Assembly: GCA_964016885.1 (NCBI GenBank)
Contig: OZ024742.1
Coordinates: forward strand, 324,260,001-324,324,000
DNA from: Eledone cirrhosa
Lineage: Eukaryota
Direction of reading: 5' to 3'
Length of the DNA: 64,000 nucleotides
The notes under the pieces were generated by a model. That model made no database searches and was not told where the DNA came from. It worked only from the letters and a program-made list of their open reading frames with translations. This document shows positions 40,331 to 55,304 of this stretch, one piece after another. The position numbers were made by a program, and so were the translations under genes. Each line of letters starts with the position of its first letter. Positions within the stretch are counted from its first letter, which is position 1.

Positions 40331-42425
40331 AATTCCATATATGGTCAAAGTGATTGTCAAAAATCAGTAGTAATTCTGTGGTTGCAAATTAGTAGGGGAG
40401 ATGGTGGCTAAACCTGCCAGTAGGAGAAAGAGGGGAGGGGTGGAGTAGCCCCAATCAAGCGTTTGTAGTGCCAGCTACAGCTGGGCATGAGGTCAAAGAA
40501 GATACAGGGGAGGGGGAGGGGAGGAAGTCGGAACGGTAGGTAGAACAATGGGGGGTAGAGATATATAGGAAAGAAAAAATACTGAGAGTGAAGAAAAGCA
40601 AATAAGTGTAAAGAAAAACAAATGAGTGTAAAGAAAAAAGTAAAGTAAATTAAATTCTACGACCTAGGTCTCTAGCTATTGTTAGTCTAGAATAAATAAA
40701 TAAATAAAGAAAGAAAGAAGTAAGAAGTAAAGAAAGAAATAAAGAAATAACGAAATAAGTAAAAGAACTAGGTGGGACGGAAAAGGCGAGGACCCTTTTA
40801 AGAGGTATAAGTACGTAAATGATACGGTGACGGGTCAACAAAAGGGGCCAAAATACTAAAGAGACTACCACGAAATAAACAATAACGGTTTCCATCCCGG
40901 GCACAATTCCAGCAACCACCCAGTGCAGCAAAGTGAACTAATACGAGATAATAATTCTGAGTCCCGAGAAAAATATATACTAATGCTAACTCTAAAAGAT
41001 CTAAAACAAGCTACATGAAAGTTCGTACGAAGTAAAGGTAGAATACGGAAGAATAAATTCAGAATCCACCCCGCCCAAAAGAGAAGCGAAGAAAGAAATA
41101 CTGAAACGAAAAAATAAGGCATAAGTGCCACTAAGAAATATAGAGGGCACAGAGAATAGTGGGAGCGGTCGGAAAAAGGGGACAAGTATCCGGGGTCTAA
41201 ACCAACTGCTATAAAGGGCGGAGTCCGCCAAATCTATCCTAGACTAGGGGAGGGGGTGGGGGTACGCCAAATCTATCCTAGACTAGGGCTATAACACCCT
41301 ACTTGCTGATTTTGCAATGGGTAACCCCTGCTTGCCAAGGGAGACGTAAGATCTTCTTTGTATTCTTTTATCGCTTCCTTTATTTCCTTCCTTCCCCCCT
41401 CTCTCCTTAGTCCTTCTACCCCAGCTCTTCTCCTTTGTCGGCGTCTTTTCTCGCCCACCCGAGGCTGCCCTTTACCCCTTGTAGCCTTAGTACCCCCACC
41501 CCCTCCCCTAGTCTAGGATAGATTTGGCGGACTCCGCCCTTTATAGCAGTTGGTTTAGACCCCGGATACTTGTCCCCTTTTCCGACCGCTCCCACTATTC
41601 TCTGTGCCCTCTATATTTCTTAGTGGCACTTATGCCTTATTTTTTCGTTTCAGTATTTCTTTCTTCGCTTCTCTTTTGGGCGGGGTGGATTCTGAATTTA
41701 TTCTTCCGTATTCTACCTTTACTTCGTACGAACTTTCATGTAGCTTGTTTTAGATCTTTTAGAGTTAGCATTAGTATATATTTTTCTCGGGACTCAGAAT
41801 TATTATCTCGTATTAGTTCACTTTGCTGCACTGGGTGGTTGCTGGAATTGTGCCCGGGATGGAAACCTTTATTGTTTATTTCGTGGTAGTCTCTTTAGTA
41901 TTTTGGCCCCTTTTGTTGACCCGTCACCGTATCATTTACGTACTTATACCTCTTAAAAGGGTCCTCGCCTTTTCCGTCCCACCTAGTTCTTTTACTTATT
42001 TCGTTATTTCTTTATTTCTTTCTTTACTTCTTACTTCTTTCTTTATTTATTTATTTATTTATTCTAGACTAACAATAGCTAGAGACCTAGGTCGTAGAAT
42101 TTAATTTACTTTACTTTTTTCTTTACACTCATTTGTTTTTCTTTACACTTATTTGCTTTTCTTCACTCTCAATATTTTTTCTTTCCTATATATCTCTACC
42201 CCCCATTGTTCTACCTACCGTTCCGACTTCCTCCCCCTCCCCCTCCCCTGTATCTTCTTTGACCTCATGCCCAGCTGTAGCTGGCACTACAAACGCTTGA
42301 TTGGGGCTACTCCACCCCCTCCCCTCTTTCTCCTACTGGCAGGTTTAGCCACCATCTCCCCTACTAATTTGCAACCACAGAATTACTACTGATTTTTGAC
42401 AATCACTTTGACCATATATGGAATT

Positions 42426-42519
42426 ACCCCTTGAGAAGATCGGCTATTTAAATACCAGGATAAATTTTCATTTAGTCCAGAATTAGCCGTCGAAACTGCT
42501 TGAGCTCAGCTGTCGGGGT
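42426..42519 (+). ncRNA. Type I hammerhead, U3-A8 core variant
   Basis: ACCCC-TTGAGAA-GATCGGCTA..TAGCCGTC-GAAA-CTGCTTGAGCTCAGCTG-TC-GGGGT. Confidence 0.7.
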
Positions 42520-42610
42520 CTTACTGGTTCCTATTACCCACTCTACTACCTCAAGTATTGAGTACTTTGGTGCGTTATGGTCCACCTGGTTCCTTACCAC
42601 ATTTCCTTCG

Positions 42611-42695
<85 letters not shown>

Positions 42696-43807
42696 CAGTA
42701 TAAAGTATATATATATATATAGTTAAAAAGTGAAGGGAAAAATACACAGAAGTATATTTAAAGATTATTCTTTCTTTAGGGAGGAATAATTTTATAGTTG
42801 TTGCATTAAATATAACCAGTTTCGATTTGTATAACAGTCATATTAAATATTAAATATTAAATATTTATAAAATGTCTTTTCATGTATTCTTTGAGCAGTG
42901 AATATATGTGAATTTTCTGTCAAAATTTCATCTTATATATATGGTCTTTATGAAGGTGGGAGTGGTGTTCAACAAGTCAAGATTTAATTGAAATCACGTG
43001 GTTAAAAATAGAGAATTCCCTTACCATTCATAATAATGGTCTAGATGGCATTTTTATGTGTGTTGTGTGTTGGTATTAAGGCGGGGATCAATTGTGTCGA
43101 AAGATCAGTGTTTGGGGTTTTTGAAAGAAACTGAAAAACAGGATATATAGAGAAAGACATCCCTCCAGAGATTTGACAGCTGGAAGGAAAGAGGACTTAA
43201 CAACCCCAGAGCTAATATTTTCTTTACTGATTCCGAAAAGCAAAATGGATCTCCGAATGCAAAAATCTGAAACAAAGACGCAACTCTATTATAACACACA
43301 CACACATATATATATATATATATGTCTGTGTGTGTTTTATCACACACGTCGTACCAGCAGAAAATATTGATTATAGAAAGATATATTTTTCTGTAGCATG
43401 ATCCAACATTTTAAAACGGGACTCTCAATTAAATCGTACAAAACCATTTTGCTGGTTTGAGAGCTGATGAGGGTAAAGATGTGTGTGTGTAAACTTGTCT
43501 TCTACATACCTTTCTTTCTTTCCTTCTTCCAGTCACTTCTATGCGTCAACACATTTCTCATTGTCCTCCTCCTCTTTCAATCTTTTCTATATTTCATCTA
43601 CATGTCACCCACCCCGTGGGGTGTCTATTTGTCGACTACTGGCCGCTTGTCTCTGTCCTCTGAGGTATTTTGCCCATCGCTGTCATTGACAGCATTTAGC
43701 TGTGTTAACGGCTGTTCTAGCGATGACTTTTCTCATTTTTATATGAATTCAATTACAATTTCGTCTCGATCAGAGATAACAATAATTATTCGTATATATA
43801 TATTATA

Positions 43808-43852
<45 letters not shown>

Positions 43853-43924
43853 CATGTATGTATGTATGTATGTATGTATGTATGTATGTATGTATGTATG
43901 TATGTATGTATATATGTATGTATG

Positions 43925-43958
<34 letters not shown>

Positions 43959-43963
43959 TGTAT

Positions 43964-44365
43964 GACCCCTTAGCCTTTGTCAAGGCAGAATTCTAGGAGA
44001 AGGAAAACTCTGATATAACACCTGCAACCCTGATGGTATCCAATGATGTTGACTTGTTCTTCTTTTTGGTAAATATCATCTTGGTTAAGAGAGTGGAACT
44101 GGCTTTGTGCAGTGCCTTTGCTCACTATAAAAGCTTCACGGCACAGGCATTGCTTTATATCTGGAGATCTCTCTGCACTTGTCGTCACATGGTACTATGG
44201 GCCCAGCACTATATGTCAATAATTGTCACAAGTGTAGTGTTTGTACCAGAGTTTTCAAGTCGCTGGCTGGACTAAAAAGTCACACTCGTTCAGCGCATCG
44301 GTAGGGGTTCTCCTACATGGATATAAGGTAGTGGCCGTACTCGAAAACGAGTTGGCAGCCACCAT
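43964..44365 (+). mobile_element. Bipartite RTE-derived short element within (TATG)n
   Basis: Reverse complement of 32725-33113; (TATG)n on both sides. Confidence 0.75.
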
Positions 44366-45234
44366 GTATGTATGTATGTATGTATGTATGTATGTATGTA
44401 TGTATGTATGTATGTATGTATGTATGTATGTATGTATGTCTGTATGTATGTATGTATGTATGTATGTATGTATGCATGTATGCATGCATGTATGTATGTA
44501 TGTATGTATGTATGTATGTATGTATGTATGTATGTATGTATGTATGTATGTATGTGTGTGAGTGTTTGTATGAATGTTTATGTGTTGTGCGTGTGTAATT
44601 GCCTTCCATTAACTATAGATTAATATGTTAGATGTCGTTACAAGAAGTCGAAATATTTTTCACTAATTTAATTTTTCGAAAGTGATGGTGTAGTGAGACG
44701 CTGAGAAGGGAAAGAAAGAAAGAAGAACACTAAGGAGACTTCAAAAGCTTCCCTAAGCACAGGTTTCAACATAATAAATAGGTAAAGCAGGCTGAACAAC
44801 ATATAGCCGGAGTAACGAACAAACAGCAGAGGTTAACGGCAGAAAGAAACCTAGTATCGTTATAGTCACCTTCGGCATGGGTCACCCCCCCCCCCACACA
44901 CACACACTCACATAAGCACATATACAATAAACATATACAAACACATACATATGCACACACATACACACGCGTGCACGCACAAACACAAACACACACGCAA
45001 ATACGTACACACACACATAGACACACACACACACGCAAATACGTACGCATATACACACATAGACACATACACATGCAGATGCAAAATCAAACTGTCACAC
45101 ACACATACACACACACACACACATACATACACGCATTCATGAAAAACAGGAAGCGAAATATTCGCAAATGAAATAAATGAAGATAGCATCAGCCTCTTGC
45201 ATTCTTTGAAAACAGAAACAAAAGCAGCAGTAGC

Positions 45235-45423
45235 TTCTTCTTCTTCTTCTTCTTCTTCTTCTTCTTCTTCTTCTTCTTCTTCTTCTTCTTCTTCTTCTTC
45301 TTCTTCTTCTTCTTCTTCTTCTTCTTCTTCTTCTTCTCCTTCTTCTTCTTCTTCTTCTTCTTCTTCTTCTTCTTCTTCTTCTTCTTCTTCTTCTTCTTCT
45401 TCTTCTTCTTCTTCTTCTTCTTC
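45235..45423. repeat. (TTC)n microsatellite
   Basis: Direct reading. Confidence 0.98.
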
Positions 45424-45519
45424 TCACATCATTATTATCTTCGCCATCATCACACAACCAACACCAGCAGCACCACCTAATCCTCCTCTCCCCTTCTTCT
45501 CCTCTTTCTTCTCCTCTGT

Positions 45520-45745
45520 TGAATTGGCAGAATCTGGCAATTCAACAGAGCATCTGGCAACATGTTTTGCGCCATATAGTTACGCCTCTTTAAGCTCTGA
45601 CTTCAAATCCCGCCGAGGTTAACTTTGCCTTTCATCTTTACATGGTCGATAAATAAAACACCAGTAATGCATTGGGGTCGATTTAATCGACTTTCCCCTC
45701 TCCTTCAAATTGCTGGCCTTGTACTTAAAGTAGAAACGATTATTT
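45520..45745 (+). mobile_element. SINE family A
   Basis: Collinear with other family A copies. Confidence 0.78.
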
Positions 45746-46189
45746 TCTAAATCCATTTTCATTTTTCGTTCTTGTTTTCAGAGAAGAAAAAAACAAAAAA
45801 ACAAAAACAAAAAACAACAACAAAAAACAACAACAACAGCAAAAACGTATTTCAAGATGTTTTTTTCGTAAACTCTATTTTCTATATCTCAGGGTGGAAC
45901 ATTGAAAAATAGAGGAGTGTTTTCGTACTGTCTACCCTCCTCCCTATTGGCATGCAACAGGTTCGTACCCGGGATCTTGTTATTACGAAGTAAACTTCAA
46001 ATCATGCAGTCATGTCATCCAGCTAAGTACGATAATGAGTCAATAAACGGCAATCAAACGTTGGAACAACGAAACCTCTATTATAGACATCATATTCTGT
46101 AATTTATCATAAAACTGCCGTATAAGTGAACTTTAGATAATCTTGGATTGATTCTTTCTATGAGTGAGTACATTTAGTATTTATCATTA

Positions 46190-46640
46190 TAAGGGCTGTG
46201 GATTGGCAGTATCGGTAGAGGGTCGGACGTCATGCTTTGCAGCATAGAGTTATGGCCCTTTATGATCTGAGTTCAAGTCCCGCCAAGGTTAACTTTGCCT
46301 TTCATCGTTACGTGGTCGATAAAATAAAGTACCAGTCACTCACTGGGGTCGATTTAATCGACTTTCCCCTCCCCCAAAATTGCTGGCCTTGTACCTATAT
46401 AAGAAACCATCATTATAAGGGTGGTGGATTGGCCGTATCGGCAGAGTATCGGACGACATGATTTGCAGCATAGAGTTACGGCCATTTATGATCTGAGTTC
46501 AAATCCCGCCGAGGTTAAATTTGCCTTTCATCCTTACGTGGTTGATAAAATAAAGTACCAGTCACTCACTGGGGTCGATTTAATAGACTTTCCCCTCCCC
46601 AAATTGGTGGCCTGGTGCCTATACAAGAAACCATTATTTA
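46190..46640 (+). mobile_element. Head-to-tail dimer of SINE family A
   Basis: Two units of about 228 bp, each starting CATTATAAGGG..GTGGATTGGC. Confidence 0.85.
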
Positions 46641-46765
46641 TCATTATATATATGTACATGATACTAGTTCTTTTTCAACAAGATATATGAAAAAGGCTTT
46701 TTCGTATATCGTTTAAATTTGTATAAATTATTCTCTCAGCTTAATGTTCATTGAGCTTCATTTGT

Positions 46766-46805
<40 letters not shown>

Positions 46806-47161
46806 GAATCTTTTGTTATGTTGATGTGCATTAAGATGGTCTTGTGGTTGATGTGATCGTTGTTCTGGAAGCGATTTTCCTTGCTAATTGGTGTTGAGTG
46901 AATAGACTAGTAAGGAAATAAAACAGTTAATTATATATCTTTAGTTTTTGGCATTCCCTACAACGAATGCTTAAGACGAATAATAACAGATCAGAAATAT
47001 ACAGCACTTCAAACTAACAATAAACATAGTTTTCACTATATAGAGTTCACAGAAAAAGAAAGTATTTTTCTTGGAATATAAATATAATTTATATGTAGTG
47101 GAACTTGTAAGAAAAGAGTATCGTGGAGGTTTTAGAGAGAGAGGGAGAGAGAGAGATAGAG

Positions 47162-47192
<31 letters not shown>

Positions 47193-47432
47193 TTAAATGT
47201 AAGAGTATAAAGGTGTGATAAAATATAGATATAGCCAACCTTGTGGCTGGCTTAGCAGACGACCGAAAATGGCCACGGTCGTTAAAGTTAGATAGCTTGG
47301 CGCTGTTTGACTTGCATTTTATAACCCTTGCTGACGTCAGGTTTTACTTTCGTTAGAATTTACTAAAATACGAAAATACGCCGATAAGCCGTATTTTCGT
47401 AGTATAAAATTTTTTACCGAAGTATAATTTCG

Positions 47433-47518
<86 letters not shown>

Positions 47519-47905
47519 ACAAATTTAAACATTCTAAAAGACTAAGAGTAACCAAAAAAATCTCTTTCAATGAAGTACAATGCAGGGGCCAGGAAAGTGT
47601 TAATGTATAATGCAAATAGAATATTTATCATCTTGCACCATTTTTAATCACTAGTAATACAATAACATTAACATCATCAACAACAAATACAACAATATCA
47701 TCATCATCATCATCATCATCAGCAGCAGAAATCAAATCACACTGTTATACGATAATCAGACAGGCAATCTTTAACCTTTTAACCTTTAAACTCGTTCGAT
47801 CTTTCGATTTTTGTAATTAGTTTCATATTTATTGTTGTTGTTTATTATTTATGTTTATAATGTTTTGATCATTTATTCTGAAAACGTAATATACATACAT
47901 ATATA

Positions 47906-48036
<131 letters not shown>

Positions 48037-48319
48037 GTAGTTAGTAACAGAAGCCTAACCATCTCCACAAATAGCAGCAACACTATCAATGTTCAACTTT
48101 CTACTATTACCATCAACACCAGAACTACAGATTTTTAACAACTACTATCACCACTACTACCAGCACGACTATCATTAATACCAGCGTCATCATAATACGC
48201 ACAACTAATCTTTAAGCACTAACATCATGTTAGCTACCGTCATCCCAATTACAACCACCACCACCTCCACCACCACCACCTCCACCACCACCACCACCAC
48301 CACCAAATATTTAAAATGT

Positions 48320-50208
48320 TCAGTGTTCAATCAAGGCTAGGGAAGCACCTATATCATTGTGTAGAATAAGAACTTCCAAGTTGGATAGCTGAAGGAAAGA
48401 CAACCTTGATAAAGAATGATAAAAGGAAAGGTCTGTTAGCTGGAAATTAGAGGTCGATTGGTTGCTTGAACTTGTTTTGAAAGCTGTTGAATGACATACT
48501 TGCTTTAGAATAAGATGATGACTGTCGAGTAGAAGGAGTCTATGAAACATTCTCAGGGAACCAAAGACCATCTTGCTGTTGACAAAACAATCATGAATAA
48601 CTACAAAAGACATCTAAAGAATTTATGCATGGCTTGAATAGACTTTAAGAAAGCCTTTGATATGGTCCCACATTCATGGCTACTGAAATGTTTGGGATAG
48701 TAAACTGTTATTAATGTAATTGTTTTTACTTTAGGCACAAGGCCAGCAATTACCCAGTGCATTACTGGTACTTTATTTTATTGACCCCAATGGAGTCTAG
48801 CATGGTTTTTCTCACCACTGCCCTTCATGATTGCAATGATTCCATTATTAATTTTCTTACGGTATACATATATTGGCTATCAGAATGAATACAATACCTA
48901 AGATCAAGATCAATCAGTTACTTTTCATGGATGATCTGAAGTTCTTTGTAGGAATATATCTCAGGTTGACTCAATGGTCAAAACTGTCCACAGGTGTTGC
49001 TGGGATATTGGGATGGAGCTTTGTATTGCAAAGTGTGCCACGCTGAGTAGGAAGAGAGATAGGCATGCACATAGTAGTGGAATTGAGTTATCTGATGGAG
49101 AGTCGATTGGTGATCCTGAGGAGAATGGGAACAAATATCTGAGCATTTTTGAGCATGACAAAGTTCTAAATGAGAAGATTATAAAGGAAATGGAAAAGAG
49201 GTCTCTCTAAATAAGTTGTAACTGCTACTTAAAACTAAATTGAATGGGGAAATTTGATTATCACTATCAATGTCTTGGCTGTGCTAGTTATTAGATATAG
49301 TGCAGCTATTTTGAATTGAGCCAAAGAAGGAATAGAGAAGTTGGATAGACTAACGCGAAAGAAAATGGGTGACAATGGTGCATTGTATCCAAAGTCAAAT
49401 ATCATAAGGTTATGTACACAGCGTAACGAAGGAGATGGAGGACTTGTAAGTGTAAAAGAATGCGTGGCTAACGAATGCCCTAAGATTCGTATTAGGCCAG
49501 TAGTAAAGAAGAACTGTTTAGGTATGTTGCCAAAAGCAGTTCTCTCTGTATTGAAACCATTGAAATAGTGGAAATTACAGACAGAGGCTGCTGGCCTAGA
49601 AACTGAGCACAAGGGAGAGTATGGAATTAGATGGTTAATTTGAAAGAGAAACGAGGGAAGTAAAAGTAGGATCTTCGTGAAATTGGTTGATATAAGGTGA
49701 TCTTAAGAGAGAAGTAGAAAGTTTATTAATAGCTGCTCAATATTAAGTACTAATCACAAACGTTATATGGGATATATATAACCCAGATGAAACAAATAAG
49801 TGCAGATTATGTGGGAAGAAGGTGGAATGTGTGGTATACATCACGAGTGCCTGTAACTTGCTTGCACAGAGGGAATATAAAAAATACTACAATAAAGAGT
49901 GCTAACACCTCCATTGGTCTTTATGCAAGAAATATGGGTCTGCTACCACTGAGAAATGGTATCAGCACAAACCAGAGAAGGTCCTAGAACATTAGACAGT
50001 GAAAATTCTCTTGGAACCTTACAATCCAGGCAGATAATGTTCGTGAAATACAAAGCCAGACATTGGCGGAAAAAAGTACTGAAAGGAGGAGTTTGTTGAT
50101 CAATGTAGCTGGACAAGGATACCATCATATTAACTGTAAAGAAAACGAAAATATCGTAATGTATGCAGACTTAAGAATAGATGTCGAAAGAATGTGGAAT
50201 ATGAAAGT
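48320..50208 (+). pseudogene. Decayed R4/Dong-like non-LTR element (RT, CCHC, RLE), interrupted by a SINE A fragment at about 48716-48789 (-)
   Basis: GTKDHLAVDK..IDFKKAFDMVPHSWL..LLFMDDLK..DIGMELCIAKCA..LDRLTRKKM..GDGGL..CRLCGKKVE..; many stops and frameshifts. Confidence 0.8.
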
Positions 50209-50467
50209 ACTACCACCACCACCACCACTACCACCACCACAATCACCACCACCACCACCACCACCAATACCACCGCGGTGACGATGACCCCCAGCCCTCT
50301 CGTTATCATCACCACTACCACTACCAGTAACATCAGTATTAGCAGCACCACCATTACCATTACAACGATAACAATAGAAATCAGTGTATAGATCCAGACA
50401 AAAAAATCCAGACATTGGTGTTCGACCAGTGGAATAAGGTCAGATTCTTCAGACCGAATACACGAAG

Positions 50468-50477
50468 TAACAACAAT

Positions 50478-50550
<73 letters not shown>

Positions 50551-52769
50551 GCAACAACAACAAAAACAACAACAACAAAAACAACAACAACTACAACAAC
50601 AATAACATCAACAATAACAACTACAACTATAACAACAACAACTACAGCAACAACAACTACAGAAACAACAATAACAGTAACAACTACAACTATAACATCA
50701 ACAACAATAACAACTACAGCAACAACAATAACAACTACAACTATAACATCAACAACAACAACAACTACAACAACTACAGCAATAACGGCAACAACTACAA
50801 CAATAACAACAACTACAACAATAACATCAACAACAACAACAACAACAACAACAACTACAGCAATAACAGCAACAACTACAACAATAACAACGACAACTCA
50901 GTAATAATAACAAGAACTACAACAATAACAGTAACAAAAACAACTACAACAACAACAATTAGGGCAACAACAGCAACAACGAGCACAACAACAATATCAA
51001 CAACTACAACAACAACGACGACAACAACAATAACAACAACTAGAACAATAACGACCACAACAACAATAACAACAACTACAACAATAACGACCACAACAAC
51101 AATAACAACAACTACAACAACAACGACCTCAACAACAATAACAACAACTAGAACAACAACGACCACAACAACAATAACAACAACTAGAACAATAACGACC
51201 ACAACAACAATAACAACAACTAGAACAATAACGACCACAACAACAATAACAACAACTACAACAACAACGACCTCAACAACAATAACAACAACTAGAACAA
51301 TAACGACCACAACAACAATAACAACAACTAGAACAATAACGACCACAACAACAATAACAACAACTACAACAACAACGACCACAACAACAATAACAACAAC
51401 TACAACAATAACGACCACAACAACAATAACAACAACTAGAACAATAACGACCACAACAACAATAACAACAACTAGAACAATAACGACCACAACAACAATA
51501 ACAACAACTACAACAATAACGACCACAACAACAATAACAACAACTACAACAACAACGACCACAACAACAATAACAACAACTACAACAATAACGACCACAA
51601 CAACAATAACAACAACTAGAACAATAACGACCACAACAACAATAACAACAACTAGAACAATAACGACCACAACAACAATAACAACAACTACAACAATAAC
51701 GACCACAACAACAATAACAACAACTACAACAACAACGACCACAACAACAATAACAACAACTAGAACAATAACGACCACAACAACAATAACAACAACTAGA
51801 ACAATAACGACCTCAACAACAATAACAACAACTACAACAACAACGACCACAACAACAATAACAACAACTACAACAATAACGACCACAACAACAATAACAA
51901 CAACTAGAACAATAACGACCACAACAACAATAACAGCAACTCCAACAACAACGACCTCAACAACAATAACAGCAACTACAACAACAACGACAACAACAAT
52001 AACAGCAACTACAACAACAACGACGACAACAACAATAACAACAACTACAACAACAACGACGACAACAACAATAACAACAACTACAACAACAACGACCACA
52101 ACAACAATAACAACAACTACAACAACAACAACAACAACAACGATAACAACAACAAGAACAACAACAATAACAACAACAATAACAGCAACTACAACAACAA
52201 TAATAACAACAACAATAACAACAACAACAACGACAAGAACAACAACAATAAAAACAACAACAATAACAGCAACTACAACAACAATAATAACAACAACAAT
52301 AACAACAACAATAACAACAACAACAACAATAACAACAACGACAACAACAACGACCACAACAACAATAACAACAACAACAACAACAACAGCAATGACAACA
52401 ACAACAATAACAACAACTACAACAACAACGACCACAACAACAACAACAACAGCAACGACAACAACAACAATAACAACAACTACAACAAGAACGACCACAA
52501 CAACAACAATAACAACAACAGCAACAACAACAACAGCAACGACCACAACAACAATAACAACAACAACAACAGCAACGACAACAACAATAACAACAACTAC
52601 AACAACAACAAATACAACAACAACAATAACAACAACAACAACAATAACAACAACTAAAACAACAACTACAACAACAATAACAACAACAACAACAACAACA
52701 ACAACGAGCACAACAACAATAACAACAACAACAATAACAACACACTAAAACAACAACTACAACAACAAT

Positions 52770-52802
<33 letters not shown>

Positions 52803-52827
52803 AATAACAACAACAACAACAACGACC

Positions 52828-52858
<31 letters not shown>

Positions 52859-53043
52859 CGACCACAACAATAATAACAACAACAACAACAACAACGACCA
52901 CAACAACAATAACAACAACAACTACAACAACTACAACAACGACCACAACAACAATAACAGCAACTACAACAACGACCACAACAACAATAACAACAACTAC
53001 AACGACCACAACAACAATAACAACAACTACAACAACAACGACC
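50468..53043. repeat. 2.6-kb (AAC)n-derived array with a higher-order 33/36-bp unit
   Basis: Recurrent ACCACAACAACAATAACAACAACT(A)(G/C)AACAA(T/C)AACG units at about 51.0-52.1 kb. Confidence 0.95.
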
Positions 53044-53407
53044 AGACGAATAAACACACACACACACATATACTCCTCCACATACACTGATATACATAAC
53101 CACTCTCACTTAGACACACAGACATACATAAAAACATAAACATTAAAAGAAAAAAAGAAAATTAAGAAAATCAACTATAAAGTGTCCCGGCCGTAAATAG
53201 ATTTATCATCAGGTATCGATCTGGTGTGAACTCATAATCGATACATAGATATTTGGATGAGAAGGATGATAGTGTGGGGTGGAGTAAGGGTGAGTAAAAA
53301 TAAACTAAGACTCGTCCATCTAATCTCCGATCTACTTATATGTTAATGGAATATGTTAATGGAATATATAATCACGAATACACGCACAGACATATATAGA
53401 TATATTC

Positions 53408-53438
<31 letters not shown>

Positions 53439-53569
53439 TGTATGTATGTATGTATGTATGTATGTATGTATGTATGTATGTATGTATGTATGTATGTATG
53501 TATGCATGTATGTATGTATCTATGTATGTATGTACGTACGTATGTAACTATGTATGTATGTATGTTTGT

Positions 53570-54285
53570 GTCAGCACTATGTGTCAATAATTGTCACAAG
53601 TGAAGTGTTTGTACCAGAGTTTTCAAGTCACTGGCTGGACTAAAAAGTCACACTCGTTCAGCGCATCGGTAGGGGTTCTCCTACATGGATATAAAGTAGT
53701 GGCCGTACTCGAAAACGAGTTGGCAGCCACCTTGTATGTATGTATGTCGGGTCACTCTTGAGTGCTATTGGTAACATGTAATCGAGTACAACATGTCGCA
53801 TGGTCGGGTCGTCGGCGACTAAACCGGCAACCCCACCAAGTTTACTTGGTGAGGAGGGGGATTTTGGACACCCTGCAGAACAAAAAACAAAACCTGACAA
53901 AGGGCGGAAGAACTCATAAGAATCAACAGCCATCCAAAAGTGTGTAAATATGTATATACACATGTGCCGCGCGGTTAAACCACTGGGAGTGAAGGACCCC
54001 TAGCATTTGTCAGGGCATTCTTCTAGGAGACGGCAACTCAGGAAACTGGGATAACTCCTATATAAAACATACGGCTCAGTAATTACCGATGATGTTGATC
54101 TTTTCTTCTTTTCGGGTTATAGCTACTGTCACTCAGAGAGTGGGATTGGCTCAGTGCACAGTCTTTCCTCACTTTAAAAAATAACTTCACGCACAGGCAT
54201 TGCACGATAGAATTAATTAATAATTATTAATAATGTTATATCGTGCAATGGCCACACTCGATAACGAAGGGGCAGCCATCATGTG
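53570..54285 (+). mobile_element. Cluster of RTE-derived short elements in (TATG)n
   Basis: 53570-53735 matches the 3' part of 43964-44365; 53965-54285 is the reverse complement of 32340-32650; 53747-53945 resembles an RTE 5' UTR. Confidence 0.65.
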
Positions 54286-54598
54286 CGTATGTATGATTGT
54301 ATGTATGTATGTATGTATGTATGTATGTATGTATGTATGTATGTATGTATGTATGTATGTATGTATGTATGTATGTATGTATGTATGTGTGTGTACGTAC
54401 ATATATGCATAAATGTATAAACATACATACACATATGCATATGTATATACATATATATATATATAAATAATGAAAGAGTGAAGAATAACATGGTCAACAG
54501 TACAAGAAGGGTTTTATTTACAGTATTAACAATTGTTTCATTGATTACGGAGTATTCACAACCTCTAACTGGATTACCTATAACGATAACTTGTTATC

Positions 54599-54698
<100 letters not shown>

Positions 54699-54752
54699 GT
54701 GAGGTTTTTTTTACAAAATGAAAAATAACCGAGGTGTCCTACACGAGTGAAA

Positions 54753-54863
54753 GTATAAAGAAAAAAAGATGAAATCGAAAATGCAACTGGAGTCTTATTT
54801 AAAAAATATATATATATTTTTTTTAATAAGACTCCAGTTGCATTTTCGATTTCATCTTTTTTT

Positions 54864-54870
<7 letters not shown>
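54753..54870. repeat. Palindrome with a (TA)n centre
   Basis: AAAGATGAAATCGAAAATGCAACTGGAGTCTTATT and its reverse complement. Confidence 0.85.
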
Positions 54871-54924
<54 letters not shown>

Positions 54925-55182
54925 TAAAGTTAGTCCTTCATTAGTGATCTTCCAACCATCATTGGTATTTCAACCACACAGAATCCCCCCACCATATATA
55001 TATAGGGGTCCAGTCATGGCCACTACTATATAATGGAGGAGGCACTATTAACCTGGCTCTTCATTCAAGCTATCATTGGTAGCACATATATGTGAAGTGT
55101 ATGAAACTTTGCTTACACTAAATAAGGTCTCTTCTAACAGATCGAGCACTCTTTTTTTATCTTTCATCTACGGATTTCTAAC

Positions 55183-55304
<122 letters not shown>

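Larger units (their letters stand above)
40223..42612. mobile_element. Inverted duplication (about 1.04-kb arms) of the Naiad-type 3' UTR, ORF-less
   Basis: 40223-41265 is the reverse complement of about 41490-42533; homologous to 15841-17147. Confidence 0.9.

Noticed and set aside
42805-42890. Minus-strand hammerhead (AATA..GAAACTGGTTATATT)
   Set aside because: Core reads CATGAAAA and stem II is poor; at best a decayed remnant
50900-52100. CRISPR-like array from the 36-bp periodicity
   Set aside because: No unique spacers, eukaryotic context, no cas genes
50415-52748. 777-aa Asn/Thr ORF as a mucin-like gene
   Set aside because: Non-ATG start and no signal peptide or domain; ACA needs two changes to become a stop, so a long open frame is expected in this repeat
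53747-53830. HDV-like ribozyme in an RTE-5'UTR-like segment (GACTAA resembles J4/2)
   Set aside because: Could not assemble P1/P1.1/P3 pairing by eye; needs a descriptor search
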